Assembly: GCA_943354605.1 (NCBI GenBank)
Contig: CALRCK010000004.1
Span: 23,584-87,583 of the forward strand
Direction: 5' to 3'
DNA length: 64,000 nt
Source of the DNA: Candidatus Uhrbacteria bacterium
GTDB taxonomy: Bacteria; Patescibacteriota; Patescibacteriia; UBA9934
The notes beneath the pieces were generated by a model, which did not search any database, had not been told where the DNA came from, and was given only the letters and a program-made list of their open reading frames with translations. A program made the position numbers and the translations under genes. Below, in pieces: positions 1-9,789 of this stretch. Positions within the stretch are counted from its first letter, which is position 1, and every line of letters starts with the position of its first letter.

Positions 1-1232
1 CAGAACGAATCAAAAACGCTGCGAAGGCGAAAGGCGTTACCATCGACACCGATCGCATTCTTGAACTCGATCGCAAGGCACGTACATTGCTCCAAGACAT
101 CGAATCAACCAAGGCAAAAAAGAACGCGGCGTCCGACGCGATGACAAAGGCAAGTCCAGAAGAACGCAAGACACTCATCGAGGCGATGCGCGCGGTCGAT
201 CAGGCGTCGAGCGGAATGGACACCGAATTCGCAACCATCAACGCCGAACTTCAAGAACTTTTGCTCCGCATTCCAAATCCAGCGTTGGACGACGTGATTA
301 TTGGCGCGTCGGATGAGGAAAATACCGTACTTCGCACCGTTGGCGAGCCACCAAAATTCGATTTTGAACCGAAGGACCATCAAACCATCGGTGAAAATCT
401 CGGTATCATCGACATGAAGCGTGCAGCAAAAGTGAGCGGAGCACGATTCGTCTATTACGTCGGCGATGGCGCAATGCTCGAACTCGCACTCGTCGATTTT
501 GGGCTGCGTATCGCCATGAAGCACGGATTCATCCCAATCACCGTTCCGCATCTCGTCAACTCTCGATCAATGGCCGCGATGGGCTACCTTGAGCACGGCG
601 GACAAGATGAGATTTACTATTTGCAGAAGGACGACCTGTATCTCATCGGCACATCGGAGCAAGCCATCGGCCCAATGCACATGGACGAGATTATCGATCC
701 TGCAAAGCTTCCATTGCGCTATGTTGGCGTGTCGCCATGCTACCGACGAGAATCTGGAAGCGCGGGAAAAGACACGAAGGGAACTATCCGTGTCCATCAG
801 TTCACGAAGGTTGAAATGTTCGGATTCTGCAAGGCTGAGGATTCCGTCACAGAACACGAGGCGATTCTCGCAATTGAGGAGGAATTGCTCACGGCGCTTG
901 GATTGCCGTACCACGTTCTGAACATCTGTACTGGCGACCTTGGTCTTCCGGCCGCAAAGAAATGGGATACGGAGGTATGGTTCCCGGCACAAAACCGCTA
1001 TCGCGAAGTGACATCAACGAGCAACTGCACCGATTTCCAGGGCCGCCGATTGAACACGCGATATCGAACAGGAACAGGAACCGAAGTGATTCACACCGTG
1101 AACGGCACCGCATTCTCTGGCCGCCCAATCGCAGCAATTCTGGAAAACTTCCAAAACGCCGACGGCAGCGTGACTATTCCAGAAGTGCTCCGACCATTCA
1201 TGAACGGCAAGGAGCGCATTACTGCAAAATAA
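1..1232 (+). CDS. serS: Seryl-tRNA synthetase (5' end outside the window)
   Basis: The reading frame is open from base 3 (ERIKNAAKAKG...), upstream of the listed ORF. C-terminal class II catalytic core is present (..TGDLGLPAAKKWDTEVWFPAQNRYREVTSTSNCTDFQGRRLNTRYR..). Confidence 0.9.
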   Translation, partial: ERIKNAAKAKGVTIDTDRILELDRKARTLLQDIESTKAKKNAASDAMTKASPEERKTLIEAMRAVDQASSGMDTEFATINAELQELLLRIPNPALDDVIIGASDEENTVLRTVGEPPKFDFEPKDHQTIGENLGIIDMKRAAKVSGARFVYYVGDGAMLELALVDFGLRIAMKHGFIPITVPHLVNSRSMAAMGYLEHGGQDEIYYLQKDDLYLIGTSEQAIGPMHMDEIIDPAKLPLRYVGVSPCYRRESGSAGKDTKGTIRVHQFTKVEMFGFCKAEDSVTEHEAILAIEEELLTALGLPYHVLNICTGDLGLPAAKKWDTEVWFPAQNRYREVTSTSNCTDFQGRRLNTRYRTGTGTEVIHTVNGTAFSGRPIAAILENFQNADGSVTIPEVLRPFMNGKERITAK

Positions 1233-1233
1233 C

Positions 1234-2388
1234 ATGTCGTTGCGCGGGGCAAAAACATGGGTTGAAATTTCCCACGCGGCGATGGAGCAAAACATCGCCG
1301 CACTTCGGACGTTCATAAAGCCAGAATCCACCTTCTGTGCTGTCGTGAAGGCAAACGCATACGGTTGTGGAATGCGCGAAGCAGCAACGATCGCTGCAGA
1401 ATGCGGCCTCGATACTTTCGCCGTTGATAGTATTGATGAAGCGATTGGGCTTCGAGAGCTCTTACCGAAAGCAACAATCGTTATCCTTGGCTTCACCGTG
1501 CTCGAGCGCCTCGACGACGTCGTCGCAATTGATGCCATTCAAACTACCTATAATCCTGAAACCATTCTGGAAATCAGCAAACACGCGCTGCGCCGTCATC
1601 GACCAGCACGACTCTCGCTGAAAATCGAAACTGGGCTCCAACGCCAAGGGGTCGGACCACGCGGCCTTGTCGCGCTTCTTGATGCCGTGCGCGCAGCAGG
1701 GGATAGCGTTGTTGTTGAAGCCGTTGGGTCACACTTCGCGAGTGCTGAAGAGCCCACGGATCCGATGAACGAATTTCAACTTCAACACTTCGCCGCAGCA
1801 ACAGAAACGGTTCGCAATGCTGGCTACACACCACGCTACGAACATATTGCGTGCTCTGCCGCGGCAATGACCAGCAGTGGAACGCAGTACAGTATGGTTC
1901 GTTATGGTATTGCACTGTACGGACTTTGGTCGAGCAAAAATCTCAAACGTCACGTGGTCCTTGGACGGCAAAACATCGAACTTCATCCGGTGCTAAGTTG
2001 GAAAACGCGCATTGCGCAAATCAAAGACATTCCGCCCGGCGCAACCATTGGTTACGGCGGAACACACACCGCAAATAGGCCACTTCGCATCGCCGTCCTT
2101 CCGGTAGGCTACTACGACGGGTTCGACCGAGGTCTGTCGAACAAAGGCGAAGTGCTCATCCATGGCCGCAGGTGCCCGATTCTTGGTATTGTATGTATGA
2201 ACATGGTGATGGTTGATGTCTCTGCGGTTCCATCCGTTACCATCGACGACATTGCAACACTCATCGGACGCGATGGGATGAACGTCATTACCGCAGACGA
2301 CATTGCGGCCACTATCGGAACCATCAACTACGAAGTCGTGACGCGAATCAACCCGCTCCTCCCGAGAGTCATCGTCGAGATATGCTGA
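1234..2388 (+). CDS. alr: Alanine racemase
   Basis: PLP-lysine motif VVKANAYGCG near the N-terminus. C-terminal GIVCMNMVMVD block. 384 aa. Confidence 0.85.
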   Translation: MSLRGAKTWVEISHAAMEQNIAALRTFIKPESTFCAVVKANAYGCGMREAATIAAECGLDTFAVDSIDEAIGLRELLPKATIVILGFTVLERLDDVVAIDAIQTTYNPETILEISKHALRRHRPARLSLKIETGLQRQGVGPRGLVALLDAVRAAGDSVVVEAVGSHFASAEEPTDPMNEFQLQHFAAATETVRNAGYTPRYEHIACSAAAMTSSGTQYSMVRYGIALYGLWSSKNLKRHVVLGRQNIELHPVLSWKTRIAQIKDIPPGATIGYGGTHTANRPLRIAVLPVGYYDGFDRGLSNKGEVLIHGRRCPILGIVCMNMVMVDVSAVPSVTIDDIATLIGRDGMNVITADDIAATIGTINYEVVTRINPLLPRVIVEIC

Positions 2389-3263
2389 AAAAACAACGTG
2401 ATTTTCTCCGCATCCGCCACGCAAAAGAATACCTTGATGGCGTACGGAAAAATCCGTTCTTTTTGAAAGCGCCCCCAAAACGCTGGTTGATGGTTGGCGC
2501 TGGAGCGCTGATGATGACCGGAATCATCGCTGGAGTGGTTGGCCTAACGTACATCCCGATGTTCAGACTCACGGGAATATCCGTTTCTGGAACAATCGTC
2601 ATCAATCCTGACGACATCAAAAGCGCTATTCAAGTTATCGTGACGAATCATGGATATCCGCTTATTGATCGGCAAAACATCTATCTCATCAACACATCAG
2701 CCATCGAATCTCGGCTCATGCAAGCGTTTGCACTCGACAGTGTGAATGTCGAACGCAACGGTACCGTGCTCGAGGCAACGGTGAAGGAAAAAATTACCAC
2801 CGTTGTGTTGCGCACCAAAGAAAAAACGATCTTTCTCGGGCTCGACGGCGCGTACGTTCGCGATGCAACCGCCGAAGAATCTCACGCGATCGATGTTCGT
2901 ATCGGCACCGCGCCTGCAACAGAAGGGGAGACGCTCGCCGCACTCCAAGCCGACATGCCGATTATTCTCGATACACAAAACGACCCCGCAACATCGCTGT
3001 CCATCCAGAGTATTTCCCACGTTCTCGATATCGTTACATCGCTCAAGCAACGGGGAACCGCGGTCACCGCATTCGCGTTCGATGGTGCCACAACACTCTT
3101 CACTCGCGTGAATACCGATCAATCGTACGATCTCTTCTTCGATCTCAACCATCCAATCAGTGCCCAAATCGCCACCCTTGCCGCCATAATCAATACTCCA
3201 GGATTCTCCGCACCCTCCGAATACATCGACCTGCGCTTTGGGGCGTATGTGTATGTGAAATAA
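2382..3263 (+). CDS. Cell division protein FtsQ/DivIB-like (single TM plus POTRA-like domain)
   Basis: Short cytoplasmic N-terminus, one TM helix, then a POTRA-like block (ISVSGTIVINPDDIKSAI...NVERNGTVLEATVKEK). Start overlaps the alr stop (ATGCTGA), suggesting translational coupling. Confidence 0.4.
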   Translation: MLKKQRDFLRIRHAKEYLDGVRKNPFFLKAPPKRWLMVGAGALMMTGIIAGVVGLTYIPMFRLTGISVSGTIVINPDDIKSAIQVIVTNHGYPLIDRQNIYLINTSAIESRLMQAFALDSVNVERNGTVLEATVKEKITTVVLRTKEKTIFLGLDGAYVRDATAEESHAIDVRIGTAPATEGETLAALQADMPIILDTQNDPATSLSIQSISHVLDIVTSLKQRGTAVTAFAFDGATTLFTRVNTDQSYDLFFDLNHPISAQIATLAAIINTPGFSAPSEYIDLRFGAYVYVK

Positions 3264-3275
3264 AAAACGAAACAT

Positions 3276-3761
3276 ATGAACATCAAGAAACATTTTTCGA
3301 GTCAAAAACCGTGGGTGAAGGGAGGGGTCATCGGCGTCCTTCTTTGTACAGCATTCTTTTCCGTCTACCCGATTATCTATTTCCCGCTCGTCGAAAATGA
3401 AATCGGGATTCCAGACACCGCGCTCATTCTGCCAACCGTTACCGGGCACACATTCGTATTCTTCTCACATTTCATCATTGAAGGATCCACGATCCCCGCA
3501 ACGATCTGCACTGAAACGGAGACACACTGTGTCTCGTGGTCGCTGACGGACGACACCGGCACTAGCACACCGTTCACCGACCCTGAAGGAGACGCAGGAT
3601 ATTGCCTCGAAGAAGAAACCACTCCAAAATCCTCTTGCGTCGATCGTGTTGAGAGCGCGATCGCGATCACTTCATTCATCGCACTTGAAGCAATCTATTT
3701 CGTGATTGGCGCGGTGATTGCAACAATCGTTGAGAAAAGGGGAAGGACTTCATCTAAATAA
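3276..3761 (+). CDS. Hypothetical membrane protein
   Basis: ORF with hydrophobic N-terminal and C-terminal segments. No recognisable family. Confidence 0.3.
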   Translation: MNIKKHFSSQKPWVKGGVIGVLLCTAFFSVYPIIYFPLVENEIGIPDTALILPTVTGHTFVFFSHFIIEGSTIPATICTETETHCVSWSLTDDTGTSTPFTDPEGDAGYCLEEETTPKSSCVDRVESAIAITSFIALEAIYFVIGAVIATIVEKRGRTSSK

Positions 3762-3768
3762 ATACGAT

Positions 3769-4149
3769 ATGTATCGCGGAACAATTATTGAAGAAAGTTT
3801 ACGCGACAAAAGCGTGCTCGATGATATCTCTATTGTAAAGACGGAAGTCGAAGAGGTGACAGCGGGTTTTAACACGCCATGGCTGAAACAATGGACACTT
3901 GATGTCGTTGAAATTGCGGACGGTGAAATCGATGCGTTTGTTTCTCGACTACAAGACGCGATCGAAACCGAACACACGTCATGGTATGCCGACCTGAAAA
4001 ACGACACCGATCACTACATTATTTTTCCTCAAAGAGTATTTCACGTGGCTCGATCCCAAAAGGCACAGTATCATGACGTTGTAGTATATGGAGTGAGTCT
4101 AGGAATTCCAAAACATCAACTCACGCCACTTCTCTCAGATGCACCATAA
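3769..4149 (+). CDS. Hypothetical protein
   Basis: ORF trimmed to the internal Met (MYRGTIIEE..) to avoid overlap with the previous gene. No family recognised. Confidence 0.3.
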   Translation: MYRGTIIEESLRDKSVLDDISIVKTEVEEVTAGFNTPWLKQWTLDVVEIADGEIDAFVSRLQDAIETEHTSWYADLKNDTDHYIIFPQRVFHVARSQKAQYHDVVVYGVSLGIPKHQLTPLLSDAP

Positions 4150-4171
4150 TCTCATTTCTAACATTGCCGAT

Positions 4172-4627
4172 ATGAAAGCCAAAAATTTTACCCTCAACGA
4201 TCAAACCGGAAAGGCACACGAACTGAAAGGTTACGAAGGGAAGTGGGTGGTGCTGTATTTTTACCCGAAGGATATGACGCCGGGCTGTACGCAGGAGGCA
4301 TGCGATTTTCGCGACAACATCAATCGCCTTGCATCAGCGAACGCTGTGGTGCTTGGCATCTCAGCCGACGACGAAAAGCGACACGCGAAATTCGTTGCAA
4401 AGGAATCGCTTACGTTCCCATTGCTCGCCGATTCGGATCACGCGGTGTGTGATGCGTACGGTGTGTGGCAGAAAAAGAAATTCATGGGACGCGAGTACAA
4501 TGGCATTGTCCGCACAACGCTCATCATCAACCCAGTAGGGGACATCGCAAAACGCTACGACGAGGTGAAGGTTGGTGGGCATGTCGAGGAAGTGTTAAGA
4601 GATCTTGTCGAACTTCAGAAGGAATAA
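4172..4627 (+). CDS. bcp: Peroxiredoxin Bcp (thiol peroxidase, AhpC/TSA family)
   Basis: Motif WVVLYFYPKDMTPGCTQEACDFRD contains the peroxidatic Cys in its canonical context. Start placed at MKAKNF... Confidence 0.85.
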   Translation: MKAKNFTLNDQTGKAHELKGYEGKWVVLYFYPKDMTPGCTQEACDFRDNINRLASANAVVLGISADDEKRHAKFVAKESLTFPLLADSDHAVCDAYGVWQKKKFMGREYNGIVRTTLIINPVGDIAKRYDEVKVGGHVEEVLRDLVELQKE

Positions 4628-4632
4628 ACATT

Positions 4633-5274
4633 ATGGACGTTCGAAAATCTCAGGGCGGGAAACAATTAGCGTGGACGAGGGAAGAAGTGATTGCGGGAAT
4701 TTCCAAATTCATAGAAGATAACGATCGATTTCCAAAGGGAGTTGAATTTGATTCCTTCCCATACCTGCCAAGCGTACGATCGATCCAGCGTACGTTCGGA
4801 GGCCTAATTAATCTGAAAAAGGAGATGGGCATCAGTGAAAGCTATCATAGTGGGGAATACAGATCCGCCATAGCTAAAAAAATAAATCTTCGAGGACAGA
4901 AAGACGAACAGATGATTGGCACAGAGCTAGAAAAACGCTTTGGCGAAGTCTGCGTTCATTATCAAGGATTGGCCGGGAGCAGAAAGGAAAGACTTGATTT
5001 TGTTGTATATCATAAAACTGGGAAATTTGGAGTCGACACATTTTTCCCGGAGGATATTGTAAACTTTGGAGCGATCATCAATATCAAGCAAAAGAAATAT
5101 CAAATGTTTTCGAATCCAATTTTCTTCGTTGTGATGAATGGTTCGCTGACGATGGCCCAAATACGGGACGTGTTAACGAGAAAAGATAATGCGCTACAAA
5201 AAAATATCTCCGTGCTCACGCTCGATTCATTTTTGCTGGAGCTGAACAAGTATCAGAGGAGAGAAGTGCTATAA
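4633..5274 (+). CDS. Protein with an N-terminal homing-endonuclease-associated (HNH-repeat-like) motif; C-terminal domain unknown
   Basis: WTREEVIAGISKFIEDNDRFPKGVEFDSFPYLPSVRSIQRTFGGLINLKKEMGI fits the HEARO consensus (E..L...L......GR.PT..EYD.....S..TI.KRFGSWN.AL..AGL). Sits in a locally AT-rich region. Start placed at the ATG just after bcp. Confidence 0.45.
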   Translation: MDVRKSQGGKQLAWTREEVIAGISKFIEDNDRFPKGVEFDSFPYLPSVRSIQRTFGGLINLKKEMGISESYHSGEYRSAIAKKINLRGQKDEQMIGTELEKRFGEVCVHYQGLAGSRKERLDFVVYHKTGKFGVDTFFPEDIVNFGAIINIKQKKYQMFSNPIFFVVMNGSLTMAQIRDVLTRKDNALQKNISVLTLDSFLLELNKYQRREVL

Positions 5275-5414
5275 AGTGATTACGTGCCTGTTTTATAAAG
5301 TGATTTTTGGCGTCTGACAATATATCATTTACGACCCATATGCCTAAAACGCCTAACAATCGCTCTGTAACACTACTCCTTTCGATTGTTGGAGTTCCCC
5401 TTACCTTGAGCGGT

Positions 5415-5574
5415 ATCGCTCGCTGGTGGCTCGGGTACATGGTTCTTCACTGTGCGTAACGATCGTTACGCCACAACGTTTCCCCTCCGGGGACAAGTCG
5501 CTTCGCTCAACTGTGGCTGGACGACGGTGCTGCTCGTCGCGAACCATGTACCACTCGCCACTGGCGCGAGCGAC
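5415..5574. repeat. Structured inverted-repeat element (family 2, copy A)
   Basis: Imperfect inverted arms of about 31 bp (atcgctcgctggtggctcgggtacatggttc / gaaccatgtaccactcgccactggcgcgagcgac). They enclose the palindrome cgtaacgatcgttacg and the core cccctccggggacaagtcgcttcgctcaa, which is shared with the copy at 19643-19741. Confidence 0.4.
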
Positions 5575-5744
5575 ATCCTCGGCGCCACCAGTTGAATCGT
5601 TCGTTGCGCATATTTGTTCAAAACAAACGACGCATTTAAACGCCCTAGGTTAAAATGGACCTAGTCGAGTGCCTCTGTTTTAAAATACTACAACACGGCT
5701 CAACGTAGTATGCGCTCAATGAACTCGTGCACCAATGAAATACA

Positions 5745-6959
5745 CTATTCCGACGGAAGATATGGTAACGGATTTACCGGAATACCATTTGAACGAATTT
5801 CAAAGTGTACGTGTGGACCCGTAGAAAATCCTGCACCAACCGATCCTGGTCGTCCGCCAGATAAACCAATCACTTGGCCACGCGCGACATATTGATCCTG
5901 CTCAACATCGATGCGCGACATGTGGGCATACAACGTCGCAAAACCATTCGCATGAATCAGCAAAACATAATATCCGTATTGCTGACCCTTATAGACACGC
6001 CCGACGTACCCCGGCGCCGCGGCTTCTATAGCGGTGCCTTGAGGAACGGCGATATCTAGGCCAGAGTGTTGCCCCACGATGTTCGAGAACGGATACGAAG
6101 GGTCGTGAAATAGTGTGGTGATGATTCCGTGGACTGGCCATGTAAATGTCGTTTCGCCCGTTGAATCGGCATCGTGTGCGCGCAACTTATCTTGCAGCGT
6201 TCCTTGAAGACTCGACACTTCATTCGTGATGGACTGCTGTTCTGCACGAAGCTCGCTCATGAGAGTTCGGTACTGATTCTCCGACTCCTGCGTTGCTTCT
6301 GCAATGACCAGTTTCGCGTTTTTATGCATCTCAAGGTCATCCGCCTTCTTTTGTAACAGTGTTGCGGTTGTGGCAAGATCGTTTACTTTTTCTTTGTGTG
6401 AGGACTGCCGATCCGCAAGCGTTGCCCGTGTAAGCTTCGTCGCCTCAAGCGCAGACTTCATGTCGTCGTTCACACTTTCCAGCTGCTGTGCCGCATCAAA
6501 AACATCGGAAATGCTTCCGGAACTCAACACCATTTCCAGCACGCCTTGACTGTCGTTTTTATTCAGCGCGAACAGCAAATCGGCAAGTATTGCACGGCGC
6601 TGGGCAAGTTCCGTTTCCGTATCCTTAATCTGCCCGTCAATAATCCTCAGTTCGAGGGTCTCTTGATCGATGGAATTTTGTGTGGACGCCAAGTCGAGTT
6701 CCGCCATCGCGGTCTCGTTTTCTAACAATGCGATATCGTTTTGTAACGATGCGCTCTTCCCCGCCAAGTCACGAATTTTTGAACGATACGTATCAAGCTG
6801 AGCGTTCAACGAATGAATCGAGGCCTTCTTCTCCGCGATAGATTGCTGCAATTGCGCAACGTCATCGGTTGATGCAGCAAAAACGATCGACCGTACACAA
6901 AAGAATGCCCCAATGGCGATCAAACCCATGCCAAGCATTCGTACTCCCCTTCCCCCCAT
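5745..6959 (-). CDS. M23 family metallopeptidase with N-terminal coiled-coil (EnvC/LytM-like)
   Basis: Signal/TM segment, long Q/E/L-rich coiled coil, then the M23 motifs HSGLDIA...HVHFE. Confidence 0.8.
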   Translation of the reverse strand: MGGRGVRMLGMGLIAIGAFFCVRSIVFAASTDDVAQLQQSIAEKKASIHSLNAQLDTYRSKIRDLAGKSASLQNDIALLENETAMAELDLASTQNSIDQETLELRIIDGQIKDTETELAQRRAILADLLFALNKNDSQGVLEMVLSSGSISDVFDAAQQLESVNDDMKSALEATKLTRATLADRQSSHKEKVNDLATTATLLQKKADDLEMHKNAKLVIAEATQESENQYRTLMSELRAEQQSITNEVSSLQGTLQDKLRAHDADSTGETTFTWPVHGIITTLFHDPSYPFSNIVGQHSGLDIAVPQGTAIEAAAPGYVGRVYKGQQYGYYVLLIHANGFATLYAHMSRIDVEQDQYVARGQVIGLSGGRPGSVGAGFSTGPHVHFEIRSNGIPVNPLPYLPSE

Positions 6960-6969
6960 AGGATTCGAC

Positions 6970-8430
6970 TTATGTTTTGAGCGCCGCTACCGCATGACGT
7001 AATCGCTCAAGCGACGTTTCTTTTCCAAGCACCCATAACGTTTCAAACGGCGTTGCAGACTTCTCTTGTCCGGACAGCGCTACCCGAAGCGGCCAAAGCA
7101 CATTCCCGTTCTGCAGGCCTTCACGAGTAATATACTCCTTTACTGCGGACTCGAGGAGATCCACTGCGCTGAATACTGCATCGCTCAACGTCTCGATCAG
7201 CGCGAGCATCCGTTCAAGCTGAGCACAAGCATCTGCAGCATCAGCTTTCTTCCACACAAGAATGGCTGGATCATACGCTTGAAGCTCCAGATACGGCCGT
7301 AACGCGTCGTCGAACTCCGTCAATCGTGATACACGGGATCGTTCAATAAACAACGCACGCTTCACGACGTCGGTCATTTCCGCGCTCACAAACGGCGCCG
7401 CACGAAGCGCAATGTCGTCCATGCCGAGCGCCATGAGGTATTGCTTATTCATCCAGTCCAGCTTTTCCATGTTGAGCACCGCGCCACCAGAATTCACCTT
7501 GTTCAAGTCGAACGACTCAATCAACTCGTCGATGGTAAAAATCTCACGATCCCCCGACGGATTAAACCCGAGCGTACCAATAAAATTCACCAAAGCCTCG
7601 GCCAAGTACCCGTGTTTGAAGTAGATTTCAACCGCCGTGTCTCCAGTGCGCTTTGAGAGCTTCTTTTTATCCGGACTCAAAATCAATGGAAGGTGCGCAA
7701 ATATTGGCACGTCCCAGCCAAACATGTTGAACATGATAATCGATTTCGGGGTTGACGATACCCATTCCTCGCCACGAAGAACGTGAGAAATGTTCATGAA
7801 ATGATCATCCACCACCATCGCAAGAAAATACGTTGGGAATCCGTCGGACTTCATGAGAATGCAGTCGTCGACTTCATGGTGGTCGAACACAACGTGGCCG
7901 CGAATCGCATCGTCGAATTCCGTCTTCCCTTCTGGCACCTTTAAGCGAATAACATAGCTCTCTCCGCTCTCGATACGTTTGCGCGCGTCGGCCGCTGTCA
8001 ACGACAAACATCGCCGATCGTATTTTGTGGTCTGCTTCAGTGCAACTTGTCCCTTTCGCATTTCGTCCAAACGCTCAGAAGAGCAAAAACATGGATATGC
8101 AAAACCCTTCGCAACAAGTTCGTCGGAATATTTCTTGTACAAATCCAATCTGTTGGATTGAACATACGGGCCAAAATCACCGCGCTCGGATATGGTTCCG
8201 TCGTCGTTCAAAAACGGACCTTCATCATGCGAAATATTCACGGCTTCAAACATTTCCAAAAGGTTCTCAACCGCACCAGGAACCGATCGCCCTTGATCCG
8301 TGTCCTCGATACGAATAATGAACTTCCCACCACTCTGCTTTGCCAAAAAATAATCGAAGAGCGCGGTGCGGAGCGTTCCAATGTGCATCATGCCGGTTGG
8401 CGACGGCGCAAGACGAGTACGAACAACCAT
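6970..8430 (-). CDS. gltX: Glutamyl-tRNA synthetase
   Basis: Class I HIGH motif (PSPTGMMHIGTLRTALF) and KMSKS-type motif (KLSKR). Confidence 0.9.
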   Translation of the reverse strand: MVVRTRLAPSPTGMMHIGTLRTALFDYFLAKQSGGKFIIRIEDTDQGRSVPGAVENLLEMFEAVNISHDEGPFLNDDGTISERGDFGPYVQSNRLDLYKKYSDELVAKGFAYPCFCSSERLDEMRKGQVALKQTTKYDRRCLSLTAADARKRIESGESYVIRLKVPEGKTEFDDAIRGHVVFDHHEVDDCILMKSDGFPTYFLAMVVDDHFMNISHVLRGEEWVSSTPKSIIMFNMFGWDVPIFAHLPLILSPDKKKLSKRTGDTAVEIYFKHGYLAEALVNFIGTLGFNPSGDREIFTIDELIESFDLNKVNSGGAVLNMEKLDWMNKQYLMALGMDDIALRAAPFVSAEMTDVVKRALFIERSRVSRLTEFDDALRPYLELQAYDPAILVWKKADAADACAQLERMLALIETLSDAVFSAVDLLESAVKEYITREGLQNGNVLWPLRVALSGQEKSATPFETLWVLGKETSLERLRHAVAALKT

Positions 8431-8436
8431 AAGAAA

Positions 8437-9267
8437 TTATGAGCGAGAAAAGAAATGAGATCGGAGTTCGGCAGCAACATCGCACAACGCCTTGCCGAAC
8501 CGTCCTGCCCGTACTGTACCGTACGCAACGATGATTGGAAAGAGAATTACCGCACGGAACATACGGCGAAAACGCCATGGTTCCACCACAAGCCGCCAGA
8601 GCCATTCGAATCCAAAACGCTGGAACATTATTGGCGCACGACGAACCGATCCTGAGAGCGCATCAAATGCTCCACCGACTCCCATAACAATTCGGGAATT
8701 TGGAACTTCTGTAACAATTTGCGATGCGACGAATTCCTGCTTTCCTTGCGATCGACCGCTACCTTGACCCAATGCAACAGCAACCACACAAGGCCCAACA
8801 AGGCGCAATTCGTCGACGATGTTCTGTGCAAGCGCCGGACTCTCCGCATCAATGAAACCTGGATTCACTGTGACGATGGATATTCCTTCTACAAGTGTCG
8901 TAAAACGCATCTTTGTTTGGGCCAAAATATTGTCGGTAGCGCCGAGCAAAACCAACGTTACTCCCCTGTCGCGGCACATCGTCGCAAGCAACGGAAGAAC
9001 ATCAACTCCAGGATGTCGGTGAAGATTGTGGACTCCGTGAATTGCTGCAGCAGCAAATTGAAGTGCTATTCCATCTGGTATTGAGAGCGCACTCGAATTC
9101 AAAATTTCACGAAAGTCAGCGCTCGATCGTGCCGCAAGAAGAAATTCAGGATTTGGGGTCACCACAAGACTCGGCGCCGATCCGCTCAGCAACGCCAAAA
9201 GACGAGCACAAAGCTCGTCTTTTGTCATGTCGTCCAATCGAACACCAAAAATCAAAACCGATCGCAT
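8437..9267 (-). CDS. WecB/TagA/CpsF family glycosyltransferase
   Basis: VVTPNPEF...IPDGIAL signature of the WecG/TagA family. 276 aa. Confidence 0.7.
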   Translation of the reverse strand: MRSVLIFGVRLDDMTKDELCARLLALLSGSAPSLVVTPNPEFLLAARSSADFREILNSSALSIPDGIALQFAAAAIHGVHNLHRHPGVDVLPLLATMCRDRGVTLVLLGATDNILAQTKMRFTTLVEGISIVTVNPGFIDAESPALAQNIVDELRLVGPCVVAVALGQGSGRSQGKQEFVASQIVTEVPNSRIVMGVGGAFDALSGSVRRAPIMFQRFGFEWLWRLVVEPWRFRRMFRAVILFPIIVAYGTVRAGRFGKALCDVAAELRSHFFSRS

Positions 9268-9270
9268 ACA

Positions 9271-9699
9271 TTACGGCCGCTTTCGCCAAAACACCCACGC
9301 AACGATTGCTCCAATGAAATCATTGAACAGGTCGTCCATCGTATCTGCCAAACTTGGTTGCGCAACACCGAGTTTTTGCACAATCGTGCCAGCGAAGTGG
9401 TCAAAAAGAAACTCATACCACTCCCACGCAACCCCAATGATCATCACGAATCCCACCACAAAAATCGCTTGAAGAAGCCGTCGGGCAACCGGAGATCCTG
9501 ACACCCGTGCACGAATTTCCACACGTACCTCGATCCAATTCCAGAGTGCAAGCGCAAGAATCGCCATGACGTATCCTCCAAAAAAATGCATTGGAACATC
9601 AAACCACTCCAAACTGATGTACCACCCGAGCCCAACCGCAAACACATGAACAAGAAGGACCAACGCTATCGCAAGGAACGCATGGCGGAATCGAATCAT
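9271..9699 (-). CDS. Hypothetical polytopic membrane protein
   Basis: Four predicted TM helices, W-rich. No family assigned. Confidence 0.35.
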   Translation of the reverse strand: MIRFRHAFLAIALVLLVHVFAVGLGWYISLEWFDVPMHFFGGYVMAILALALWNWIEVRVEIRARVSGSPVARRLLQAIFVVGFVMIIGVAWEWYEFLFDHFAGTIVQKLGVAQPSLADTMDDLFNDFIGAIVAWVFWRKRP

Positions 9700-9747
9700 A
9701 ATATGCGAAGGTTAGCACAGTTCCGGCTCCCTGTGAATAAGATCCTC

Positions 9748-9777
9748 ATTGACAATCCGACTTTTAGCACTCTATAC
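9748..9777 (+). promoter_or_regulatory. Sigma-70-like promoter (TTGACA-N18-TATACT) upstream of clpB
   Basis: ttgaca at 9748-9753 and tatact at 9772-9777. The -10 lies inside the CIRCE spacer. Confidence 0.6.
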
Positions 9778-9789
9778 TTGAGAGTGCTA
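9763..9789. promoter_or_regulatory. CIRCE operator (HrcA binding site)
   Basis: Perfect TTAGCACTC-N9-GAGTGCTAA (spacer tatacttga), about 240 bp upstream of the clpB start. Confidence 0.85.

Noticed and set aside
4465-4632. Upstream extension of the HEARO-protein ORF overlapping bcp in another frame
   Set aside because: It overlaps the well-supported bcp gene. A clean ATG sits just after the bcp stop (4633).
5275-5745. Possible tmRNA, RNase P RNA, SRP RNA or tRNA in the 470-bp non-coding stretch
   Set aside because: No tRNA-like T-arm with 3' CCA. No tag-peptide reading frame. No RNase P P4 or GGAAAGUCCGG-like motif and no SRP domain-IV motif that I could recognise by eye. Left as an unassigned structured element, best re-scanned with Infernal.
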